Virus record (IMG/VR): IMGVR_UViG_3300043423_000103
Span: 1-30,250 of that record
Reading direction: 5' to 3' (one strand)
Origin: a virus
Lineage: Duplodnaviria > Caudoviricetes
DNA: 30,250 bases
The notes beneath the pieces were generated by a model, which saw nothing but the letters and a program-made list of their open reading frames with translations, was not told the DNA's origin and ran no database searches. The position numbers were made by a program, and so were the translations under genes. Shown in pieces: positions 1-7,112 of the stretch (position 1 is the stretch's first letter; each line of letters begins with the position of its first letter).

Positions 1-190
1 CGGGTTATTTTTGTAGATTTTGGGTAAAATTTTTGAAAACGGGTTATTTTTGTAGATTTTGGGTAAAATTTTTGAAAACGGGTTATTTTTGTAGATTTTG
101 GGTAAAATTTTTGGGTAAAATTTTTGAAAACGGGTTATTTTTGTAGATTTTTGTAGATTTTGGGCATTTTTAGTGATTTTTTTGAAAATA
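1..190. repeat. AT-rich imperfect tandem repeat, 39-bp unit CGGGTTATTTTTGTAGATTTTGGGTAAAATTTTTGAAAA (about 4 copies, probably continuing beyond the window edge)
   Basis: Exact units at 1-39 and 40-78. The third unit (79-130) carries a 13-bp internal duplication. The fourth (from 131) has a 10-bp duplication and then decays. Confidence 0.95.
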
Positions 191-267
191 TTTGGGATAA
201 TACGCTTCCTTCCGTCGGCTGTACGGCGGAGGTACTTTATCGGCGTTAACTAACAAAAGGACGAAAA

Positions 268-552
268 ATGGGCCCGACCCCTGAGATTTTGCGATTTTTC
301 ACGTATAAGCACTTGGAGACGCCTGCGCAACGTATTTCGGCTCAGTTTTGCGACGTCGCGCACTGGGTAGGGGCTAACGTTCCTGATTGCGCGGAGCGTT
401 CCGTTGCGTTACGGAAGCTTTTGGAGGGCAAGGACGCGGCGGTACGCGCTCACTTTTGCGGTATTCCGAACGATTCTTCCGCTCGCGCTCCCGTTAAGGA
501 CGCAGTGACGGACGCAGTGACGGACGCAGTGACGGACGCAGTGACGGCCTAA
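268..552 (+). CDS. Small helical protein, Acb2/Tad1-hairpin-like (putative cyclic-nucleotide sponge), with C-terminal (DAVT)4 tail
   Basis: AAAGGA SD before ATG. The pattern FFTY..H...F..VA......P...ERSVALRKLLE.KDAAVRA resembles the Acb2/Tad1-related small phage family. Confidence 0.55.
   Translation: MGPTPEILRFFTYKHLETPAQRISAQFCDVAHWVGANVPDCAERSVALRKLLEGKDAAVRAHFCGIPNDSSARAPVKDAVTDAVTDAVTDAVTA
499..546 (+). repeat. Perfect in-frame 12-bp tandem repeat GACGCAGTGACG x4
   Basis: Units at 499, 511, 523 and 535 encode DAVT x4. Confidence 0.95.
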
Positions 553-575
553 GAGTATCGGTTGTCGTGGAGTTG

Positions 576-609
576 ACGTATATACGGTCCAAGCGGGCCG
601 TATATACGT
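576..609. terminator. 15-bp hairpin between convergent transcription units (likely bidirectional terminator)
   Basis: ACGTATATACGGTCC-AAGC-GGGCCGTATATACGT with one G.U pair, followed by GCTGTTTT. Confidence 0.65.
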
Positions 610-621
610 GCTGTTTTAGGG

Positions 622-750
622 TTATTTTGGGTCGATCATCGGCATTAGGCTAAAATATCCTCCTTCTATCCGATCTTCTTTTGTAATTTCCGGAAATTTC
701 AGCATTCTCGGGTGCAAGAACCCTCCCGGTTCGTGCGGCGCGGGCGACAC
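622..750 (-). CDS. Small hypothetical protein (42 aa)
   Basis: GTG overlaps the upstream stop; GAGGAAGGA SD; hand translation MSPAPHEPGGFLHPRMLKFPEITKEDRIEGGYFSLMPMIDPK. Confidence 0.35.
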   Translation of the reverse strand: MSPAPHEPGGFLHPRMLKFPEITKEDRIEGGYFSLMPMIDPK

Positions 751-854
751 TATCCTTCCTCGTCTTTCGGGTGTTTCAGGTACGTCGGAACCTTCCTCAG
801 CGCGTATACCGGCGCGTTAAGTTCGATCGTTCCTTTCGTGATGTTAATTCCCAT
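750..854 (-). CDS. Small hypothetical protein (34 aa)
   Basis: GAGG SD; ATG overlaps the end of the pentapeptide gene; [34 protein letters not shown]. Confidence 0.4.
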   Translation of the reverse strand: MGINITKGTIELNAPVYALRKVPTYLKHPKDEEG

Positions 855-1479
855 TTGCTTGGGCCTCTTTACTTCTAAATTCGGCGATTTCTTCTTTGGC
901 TAAGCGCAGCAGATGTTTTTTGCTGTCCCTCCAAAAATAATACGCCCCGGGGAGTTTCCAGTTCATAAGATCTTCCTTAATCTTCTCCGCGCTTTCCAGA
1001 TACACGGCCGTAGGCCCCACGGCCAGCATTTCCGATCCGAGTCTATGGGAAGCGAACGCGGCGATTTCCCAACCAAACTCATTGGGCCAGTCTATCGGCA
1101 AAATGCGTGGATGTTTGGCGGTTGCCAGATGCCGTGCGCCGGGCATCCATATCCCGGACAAGTTTGCCCCTGTCAAATCCGTCCACGCTAGGTTGGCCCC
1201 GGACAGCATCGCTCTGCGCAGATTCGTTTCGGTCAAATCTGCGCCGGTCAAGTCCGTGTCGCAAAAACTCGCCCCGGACAACATCGCTCTGGCCAGATTT
1301 AAACCGGCCAGATTTGCCCGGTTTAACATCCTCTGTTCCAAGTCGAGGTACTGCCATTTTCGGCCCGCTACTGCGGAGATCGCGTCTACTAATTCCTGGT
1401 CTTGTAAGTCCTCGGGAACCTCAAACTCCCGACGGTATTTCTCGGGGACCTCGATGTCCGTTCTGTTTTTAATTATCAT
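844..1479 (-). CDS. Pentapeptide-repeat protein
   Basis: A(N/D)L.. repeats: [56 protein letters not shown]. Start placed at MIIKNRT; the ORF is open to 1536. Confidence 0.9.
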   Translation of the reverse strand: MIIKNRTDIEVPEKYRREFEVPEDLQDQELVDAISAVAGRKWQYLDLEQRMLNRANLAGLNLARAMLSGASFCDTDLTGADLTETNLRRAMLSGANLAWTDLTGANLSGIWMPGARHLATAKHPRILPIDWPNEFGWEIAAFASHRLGSEMLAVGPTAVYLESAEKIKEDLMNWKLPGAYYFWRDSKKHLLRLAKEEIAEFRSKEAQANGN

Positions 1480-1557
1480 GGTTATCTCTGAATTTATTGC
1501 GGGGCCTACTATGCCTACTATGCCGTCACCCGTCAAAGGATAAAAAAGAGGGTTTCG

Positions 1558-1977
1558 TCATTCACCTGCGTCATTAAATGGTTTTTGTCGGGGCCGTTGA
1601 CGCCACCGCGTATCCATATAGCTCGGGGGTACGACGTCAAAGTCATCGTCGTCCTTCACTGTCACAGGATACCAGTCGTCTACCTGCCGGTCTCCATGGT
1701 CAAACGAATATCTATCGAGATTATTGCTGTTTATCCGGCGCGCCTCCTCCGGATCTTCCGCAAGTTCCGGGTCAAGCAGCATGAAAAAGAGAGGCGCGAA
1801 GCCTAGTCCTTCGTGCTGCTTGGACTCCGCGCGCACCCGCAAACACATTACCTGTAGGTCGGGATCCCACCGTCTCCGCCTCCAAGGACGGCTGTAGCCG
1901 TAGGAAGCGCACTCGTGTTGCATGTGGTTTTGCGCATAACTCCACGATTTATTTATAGAGGAAATGTCGAGTGACAT
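1558..1977 (-). CDS. Hypothetical protein
   Basis: 139-aa ORF with AAGGA SD, co-oriented with neighbours. Confidence 0.7.
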   Translation of the reverse strand: MSLDISSINKSWSYAQNHMQHECASYGYSRPWRRRRWDPDLQVMCLRVRAESKQHEGLGFAPLFFMLLDPELAEDPEEARRINSNNLDRYSFDHGDRQVDDWYPVTVKDDDDFDVVPPSYMDTRWRQRPRQKPFNDAGE

Positions 1978-2093
1978 GACGAGTCCTTTTTTCGTACTGG
2001 TTTAATACAAAGGCGCTTTCGCGCCCCCTTGTACTAGTTTGGGTATAATGCGGAATTTCATGGGTAGCCCTCTAATCAACTATAAAATTTCCT

Positions 2094-2453
2094 TTAATCT
2101 TTTGCGTTGAGCGGTTTTTTACGTTTGGCTACTTCCGCTAAGGATCTTCGTGTTTGTTGCCATATAGTCCGGTACGGGGTTTCGCTAATGTCTTCCGCCT
2201 CCGGGGGAAGCGCCTCATAAGGGTGCGGGCCAAAAGGCAAAGGGTGCGTCCGGATGATTTTAACTCCCTTTTTTGCGGCGTAAGTTAAGAAGACTTCGAC
2301 GTTCGCCCACGTCTCCAAGGGTACGTCAAGGTCTTCCATTACGGTAATTACGTCCAGCGTGGCCGCGAGCGCCTTTAGGGCGTACTCTTCCACTGTGCGT
2401 AATAGGGATGGCTGGGGTAGGTCTCGCTCGACGCGAAAAAAACCTCCGGACAA
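2094..2453 (-). CDS. Hypothetical protein
   Basis: 119-aa ORF in the minus-strand gene run; start uncertain. Confidence 0.55.
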   Translation of the reverse strand: MSGGFFRVERDLPQPSLLRTVEEYALKALAATLDVITVMEDLDVPLETWANVEVFLTYAAKKGVKIIRTHPLPFGPHPYEALPPEAEDISETPYRTIWQQTRRSLAEVAKRKKPLNAKD

Positions 2454-2812
2454 CGGAACTTGCTTTCTTTGAGCGGTGGCTTTAACCGGGCCGGCATTGC
2501 GTCAGGCTCAAAGATACGTCCTCTCGGAGTCCGTATACGATTTTGTGTGCGGAGGGCTTCCGCGATAAACTTACCCCACTCGGTCGCTTCGTCTACGACG
2601 ACTTCCGAAGGAGGGGATCCGTCTACTGCGAAGCAAGCGCGGACCGCTAGGCGCATCCCCTGCTCCTTCGCGCGCCCGACGGAGCGGGCGAACCATTGCA
2701 ATTCCGGACGCCTCTCAGGGGCTTTAGAGAAGTTTTCTTCTCCCGGGCCAAGGATAAATAACCTCGGCAGGTTGACGGGTTCGGCGGTGGCAGGCGTAAA
2801 TATCGTAAACAT
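2375..2812 (-). CDS. Hypothetical protein
   Basis: 145-aa ORF with ATG preceded by AGGAAAAG; overlaps both neighbours. Confidence 0.55.
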   Translation of the reverse strand: MFTIFTPATAEPVNLPRLFILGPGEENFSKAPERRPELQWFARSVGRAKEQGMRLAVRACFAVDGSPPSEVVVDEATEWGKFIAEALRTQNRIRTPRGRIFEPDAMPARLKPPLKESKFRCPEVFFASSETYPSHPYYAQWKSTP

Positions 2813-3251
2813 GGTTTACTTTTCCTATTTTCCACGTGGGGAAGGGGCTATTACAGGAGCGTCTGAACTTTACAGACGCTTTCCCGTCGGTTCTGCTGTA
2901 ACTTTCCTTATAAAGAAATCCGGCGTCGATGTAGAATGCGTCGTACTCGTCCGATGCGTAGACCTGCGACGTCTCCGGGTCGGAGAACAACTCCGTGGGG
3001 CACGCGGCCTCCTCTAAGCGGAAACTATGCGCCCCCGGCGTCAGCAGTCGTTCGGTTTTGTCGTAAGCGGCGAATACTCCGACGGCGTGCGGACCGCTTC
3101 CGGGAACGTGCGATAAGTAAGCCCCGTTAAGTTCGGCTCCCGAAAAATTAATCGCACGTCCCGAAGCATACATCAACCTCGCCTCGTGCAGGCGTGCGCC
3201 GGCGAAGTTTACCTGTCTACACTTCGCGTGAGCTAGGGAGATTTTGCCCAA
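2724..3251 (-). CDS. Protein with short N-terminal pentapeptide repeats; start codon unclear
   Basis: VNFAGARLHEARLMYASGRAINFSGAELNGAYLS. The frame stays open upstream to ~3334 without an ATG. Confidence 0.6.
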   Translation of the reverse strand: MGKISLAHAKCRQVNFAGARLHEARLMYASGRAINFSGAELNGAYLSHVPGSGPHAVGVFAAYDKTERLLTPGAHSFRLEEAACPTELFSDPETSQVYASDEYDAFYIDAGFLYKESYSRTDGKASVKFRRSCNSPFPTWKIGKVNHVYDIYACHRRTRQPAEVIYPWPGRRKLL

Positions 3252-3593
3252 TTGGGCATAGGTAAACGTGGCGTCATTTCTTCCTCCGTATTCTTCGGCC
3301 AGTAACCGATTATTTTTATGGGGTCAACCGTAGTCTACGTTATCCTGTGTCCCTCGTCAAGCGAAATTGGTCCGGCGGAATACGAGATAACCCTCTTGCG
3401 CCGCATTGTAGAACGGTCGGACTGACGGTCTCTTGGCGATAGGAAACCCCGACGAAAGGGAGAAGAAGCCGATCGCCGATGCCTTACCCTAGATGCGGCG
3501 TATCTGCGGAACTGCGCGGGAGCTAAAGAGGTAAAAAGGGCTTGACGGCGCGATCATTTTTCAGGCATAAAATAAACCGATCCGGTAGATCGG

Positions 3594-3622
3594 ACCCCGC
3601 CCTTAAAACAGGCGGGGTTTTT
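3594..3622 (+). terminator. Intrinsic terminator-like hairpin directly abutting tRNA-Glu
   Basis: ACCCCGCC-CTTAAAACA-GGCGGGGT followed by a T-run. Confidence 0.55.
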
Positions 3623-3698
3623 AGCCCCTTAGTCTAGCGGTACAGGACGTCACCCTTTCAAGGTGAAGTCGCGGGTTCAAATCCCGTAGGGGCTACCA
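3623..3698 (+). tRNA. tRNA-Glu(TTC)
   Basis: Acceptor AGCCCCT/AGGGGCT; D stem GTCT/GGAC; anticodon stem TCACC/GGTGA with loop CT-TTC-AA; T arm GCGGG-TTCAAAT-CCCGT; encoded CCA. Confidence 0.95.
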
Positions 3699-3704
3699 TA
3701 TTTC

Positions 3705-3790
3705 GGGGACGTGGCTGAGCGGTTTAAGGCGGCAGTCTTGAAACCCGACATAGGCACAACCTATCGAAGGTTCAAATCCTTCCGTCCCCG
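3705..3790 (+). tRNA. tRNA-Ser(TGA), type II, with mismatched anticodon stem (possibly a pseudo-tRNA)
   Basis: Acceptor GGGGACG/CGTCCCC; G73; long variable arm ATAGG-CACAA-CCTAT; T arm GAAGG-TTCAAAT-CCTTC; loop CT-TGA-AA. The anticodon stem GCAGT/CCCGA pairs only 2 of 5, and no CCA is encoded. Confidence 0.75.
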
Positions 3791-3799
3791 CCGCCGGCA

Positions 3800-4408
3800 C
3801 TACTCCGACAAAATTTCCATTTCTACCGGCCGGGACAGGTCGAGTATCTTTCCACAACTTTTGGGCGGCTTTCTGTACTTTTCCGGGTTTTTACGGTACA
3901 CCTCCTCCGGAAGCTCTAGGTCTACCATAACCGCCGTCATCACTCCGTCCCCTTTGGGTTCCAAAAGACCCCTCTGAGTGTAGCGAAGTATAACTCCGTC
4001 CACCTCACGTATGGCCGCCCCAAAAACAGGCGAGGGGACAAGGTGTCTCAGATCTTCCGAAACCTCATCCAGTACGGCTAAATAATCTCGTTTGCTTTCG
4101 TTCGCGTGCTCTGTGGCAAGGTTTTCCGCGTCTTCCCGCGTCCTCACAATTTGGCTAAAGCGCTGATGTACGACGGGACTATCTGCGCACAGACAAAACA
4201 AAGTGTAGTCTCGTTCTTCTCCCCACTCCCAAGGCGACGCCCCTAGCACGATAACGGCTGTTTCAGGGTGCCCTGACCCCCAGCGTCTAGCTACGGTCCC
4301 GCCTAGGACGTCCTTCAGCGTTAAATCGGGGGCTTCTCTCTGCAAGAACTCAAGCGACGTTGTCTGCGTCTGATAACTCGAGTAGTTTACCGTCAAGATG
4401 TAATACAT
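3800..4408 (-). CDS. Hypothetical protein
   Basis: 202-aa ORF with strong AAGGAG SD. Confidence 0.75.
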   Translation of the reverse strand: MYYILTVNYSSYQTQTTSLEFLQREAPDLTLKDVLGGTVARRWGSGHPETAVIVLGASPWEWGEERDYTLFCLCADSPVVHQRFSQIVRTREDAENLATEHANESKRDYLAVLDEVSEDLRHLVPSPVFGAAIREVDGVILRYTQRGLLEPKGDGVMTAVMVDLELPEEVYRKNPEKYRKPPKSCGKILDLSRPVEMEILSE

Positions 4409-4472
4409 TATACAATCTCCTTTAGTTTATTAGGTCTTTATGTAAAGTTTAGGAACTTTAGGGCCATTACTT

Positions 4473-5120
4473 TTATTTATTAATTGGCCTAGGATACCGG
4501 AGTACACCGTCTTCCAGTACCCCGAGGTGAAGCGGCGCTTTTATGCGTCTAGCCTGCGACTTGAACGCCTCAAGCGCGCCGGGACCGGCGCCTGTGACGA
4601 AAACGAACCGAAGAATCCTAGCTGCCAACGCCAAATTCTGCGCCGCTTTCATCTGTTCTTCGGGGGTTAATTCCGCGATTTCCACTTTCAGCATCACCTC
4701 GTGGGAACCTATCACCCTTCTAGCGTCTTCCGCCCAGTAATGGATATTTTCTGCCGCCCTGAAGGCGTACATGAGGGGAAAGGGGAGCTTTTGGGGGTGC
4801 TTTACGGAGATTTTGGATTGAGCTGCGATAGCCTCCATCAAAATCTCACCTTGATGCCGAACCACTATCCGCCCCTCCGGCTCTCCCCTTTTTGGCGGGA
4901 TATTTCCCCAGCGATACGCAAGCTCCCTTTGTAATTCATCTGCTATGCGTTGGTGATTCCCTGCCCATTTCCCGTATCTCCAGAGGGCTTCCAAGGTCGC
5001 CCCAAGTATGGACGCTAATTGCCGAATGCCTCCGCTCTGAGGCCCTGTTATGACATGCATTCCCTGAAGGTCAATTTCGGCGGCTTTAATGCTTCCTATA
5101 GTTTCAATTTCCAGCTTCAT
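4473..5120 (-). CDS. Degenerate, shortened ABC/AAA_15-like ATPase homolog (Walker A lysine lost)
   Basis: N-terminus MKLEIETIGSIKAAEIDLQGMHVITGPQSGGIRQ corresponds to the I.N.G.I..A.I.L....VI.G.N..GKST head. C-terminus AELTPEEQ...FVFVTGAGP corresponds to LHP..Q...ITTHSP. GGGGAG SD; ATGA overlap with the upstream gene. Confidence 0.7.
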   Translation of the reverse strand: MKLEIETIGSIKAAEIDLQGMHVITGPQSGGIRQLASILGATLEALWRYGKWAGNHQRIADELQRELAYRWGNIPPKRGEPEGRIVVRHQGEILMEAIAAQSKISVKHPQKLPFPLMYAFRAAENIHYWAEDARRVIGSHEVMLKVEIAELTPEEQMKAAQNLALAARILRFVFVTGAGPGALEAFKSQARRIKAPLHLGVLEDGVLRYPRPINK

Positions 5121-5419
5121 AGCTGCTCCCCTTGGCAAAAATGATCCGTTCTACGCGAGGACGGCCCGTCATCCTCGTCTCCCTTTAACCTTAGGTCAGC
5201 GCCGGCATTTTTGCTTGCGTCGGAGTGTAACACCTTCCGTAGCTCGTTTAAACCCCGCATCAGACACCATGCATACCTAAGGTTATCCCCCGCCGACCAA
5301 CAAAGGTCGCCCCCTCCTTCTGACTTTTCGGCAAAGACCTCCAGCTTTCGTAAAAAGACCTCCTCGTGCGTCAGCTTTCGCTCTAGGGCCGTAATTAGCG
5401 TCTCCATTTGCTTACGCAA
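5117..5419 (-). CDS. Hypothetical protein; the true start may be GTG 5511 with a 1-nt frameshift near 5505
   Basis: Frame open to ~5503 without ATG; its stop overlaps the next ATG. Confidence 0.55.
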   Translation of the reverse strand: MRKQMETLITALERKLTHEEVFLRKLEVFAEKSEGGGDLCWSAGDNLRYAWCLMRGLNELRKVLHSDASKNAGADLRLKGDEDDGPSSRRTDHFCQGEQL

Positions 5420-5518
5420 ACGAGCGGTATCTAGCCGTACTTTTGTCTTCGCTTTAGCTTTTACTTTTGATTTAAAGTCTCCCCTAGGAACTTCCCCTAT
5501 CCGTTAATCACTAAAACC

Positions 5519-6007
5519 TTATCGCAGTATCGGAGGGCAGCGTAGATCTTTCCATATTCCCGCTAGATCCTTTCGTAACTGTGCGGAGGCTTCTTCATCA
5601 CCCTCCGCCTCTGCCCGGGCCAATTTCACCTCCCATAAGCGGACGAGCTCGGCGCCTAAGGAGGCGTCGGGGACTACGCGCGTAGCGACCGTCCACACGA
5701 TATCTCCCGTTTGATAGTGTTCATCGTCTATCCTTACCGGCGGGTTAAGCAGAAGGGCCTGCATAAACCCCGCTCTAAGGGTAGATGTAGCCGCCCAAGG
5801 CACTATCACGTTTACCACGGAGCATTTGGCCCGGCTCCCCGGAAAGCGAAACACCTCGGGGTTCCGTTCCCGCGCATACTGCTCCGCCATAAAGAGGACT
5901 TGCTTCATCGCCAACTCCCGGGACTGCCGGTATAGGCTAGGTTCCGAAAGAACTTGATCCCATATTTGCTTCTCTTCTAGCAATTCCTCAACCGTTTTCA
6001 CTGTCAT
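5519..6007 (-). CDS. Hypothetical protein
   Basis: 162-aa ORF with GGAGGT SD. Confidence 0.75.
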   Translation of the reverse strand: MTVKTVEELLEEKQIWDQVLSEPSLYRQSRELAMKQVLFMAEQYARERNPEVFRFPGSRAKCSVVNVIVPWAATSTLRAGFMQALLLNPPVRIDDEHYQTGDIVWTVATRVVPDASLGAELVRLWEVKLARAEAEGDEEASAQLRKDLAGIWKDLRCPPILR

Positions 6008-6016
6008 ACCTCCAAT

Positions 6017-6712
6017 CTACTCGTCGCGCATGTCTTCCGCGTCCATCCGGCTAAATTCCTCGAAAGGTTCGGCGAACCCTGCGAAAATGGCGCTCAGCCT
6101 GTCATACTCAAGAACTCCGTTCTCGATCAGACCAAACCGGGCGGACAGTCCTTCGCGGTCGGAATAGCGTTTTAACGCCTCCACCATGTAAGGGCTGTGC
6201 GAAGTGATAAGGACAAACTCTAGATTTTTTACCGCTCCGACGACCTCCTTGGCAAGCACAAGCTGTTTTTTAGGGTGAAGGCCCTTCTCGAACAGTTCGT
6301 TGCAGGCCCCCAGTTCGCGGTTAAATAGCCGATCTTTCGCCCACATACCAAAAGACTCCCGGTAGCCGTGGACTGCCTTTAGCGAAAACTCGGGGGGTTC
6401 GTAAACATCCAGTCTCACCGCACCGTCTCGGGTCACGGAAGCGTCCAGAAACGTTTTCTCGTCGGAAGATAGGCGTACACGTCCGTGCTCGGACAGAAGC
6501 GGTATGGGGTAGCCGACTACTACCGTTAGTCCGTCACGGATTGTACACGGTGCGTCCTGCTCCGAGCGGTTAAAAAAAGAGAATAAAGTTTCTCGGACTA
6601 ACCGAGGCAGGATGTTCAAGGGCGGCTCGTCCTCGCTTGCTATGACACACAGACCGCTAAGGTCTATCTCCGCTTTCTTGATGCCGCCAATATTTTCGAT
6701 ATAAATTTTCAT
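6017..6712 (-). CDS. Degenerate, shortened ABC/AAA_15/AAA_21-like ATPase homolog (Walker A destroyed, H-loop kept)
   Basis: MKIYIENIGGIKKAEIDLSGLCVIASEDEPP has no GK[ST]. C-terminal ELFEKGLHPKKQ...VLITSHSPYMVEAL. AAAGGA SD. Confidence 0.8.
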   Translation of the reverse strand: MKIYIENIGGIKKAEIDLSGLCVIASEDEPPLNILPRLVRETLFSFFNRSEQDAPCTIRDGLTVVVGYPIPLLSEHGRVRLSSDEKTFLDASVTRDGAVRLDVYEPPEFSLKAVHGYRESFGMWAKDRLFNRELGACNELFEKGLHPKKQLVLAKEVVGAVKNLEFVLITSHSPYMVEALKRYSDREGLSARFGLIENGVLEYDRLSAIFAGFAEPFEEFSRMDAEDMRDE

Positions 6713-6746
6713 TTAATAGGTTCCTTTCGTAAAGATTTTGGGTCAT

Positions 6747-6851
6747 CTAGGCGGCTTCAGTGCCCGGACGCGCGTCCAAAGCGGTGGTGATTGCGGCCAA
6801 CGCCTCTTTCAGAGTAGCGACGAGCGCGCCGTTATCGATGGGTTGAGTCAT
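6747..6851 (-). CDS. Small hypothetical protein (34 aa)
   Basis: Strong AGAGGT SD; MTQPIDNGALVATLKEALAAITTALDARPGTEAA. Confidence 0.5.
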   Translation of the reverse strand: MTQPIDNGALVATLKEALAAITTALDARPGTEAA

Positions 6852-6871
6852 TTTATACCTCTTTTATGGGA

Positions 6872-7110
6872 TTAGCAACTTCCTGCGGCGGGGCGGGCTA
6901 GCTGTAAGGAAATCGTCTTACGCTTCGTTCCTGTCCAACAGTGGAAAACTATGATACCGTCTCCCACATCCACATCCTGAATATGTCTTAGAGACGGTTG
7001 GATCAAGGTGTGTCTACACCTGAACCCATACGGCCTTGGCAGTTTACTCCATGAGCTATGACTATTTTCTCTCCGACTCTCGTGATGTCTTGCCCGATAA
7101 GTTTAACCAT
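6872..7110 (-). pseudogene. Fragmented macrodomain gene, paralog of 9430-9891
   Basis: 7110-7003 encodes MVKLIGQDITRVGEKIVIAHGVNCQGRMGSGV then a stop. Another frame continues DVDVGDGIIVFHCWT, matching AVDVGDGITVLNCAT in the intact copy. Confidence 0.8.
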
Positions 7111-7112
7111 GG

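Noticed and set aside
1-190. CRISPR array
   Set aside because: The repeats are head-to-tail with no unique spacers, and no cas genes are present.
913-1543. Plus-strand ORFs over the pentapeptide gene, and similar antisense ORFs throughout the track
   Set aside because: They are shadows of motif-bearing genes on the opposite strand, with no SD or motifs of their own.
3422-3491. Hammerhead ribozyme (CTGACG-GTC...GAC-GAAA...CCCTA)
   Set aside because: The conserved A of CUGANGA is missing and no stem I forms adjacent to the core.
3655-3661. Opal suppressor or Sec tRNA (TCA read in CTTTCAA)
   Set aside because: The 5-bp stem TCACC/GGTGA fixes a 7-nt loop with TTC at the anticodon position, which is Glu.
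3623-3790. Prophage attachment site at the tRNAs
   Set aside because: No integrase, no duplicated tRNA 3' end, and phage-like genes lie on both sides.
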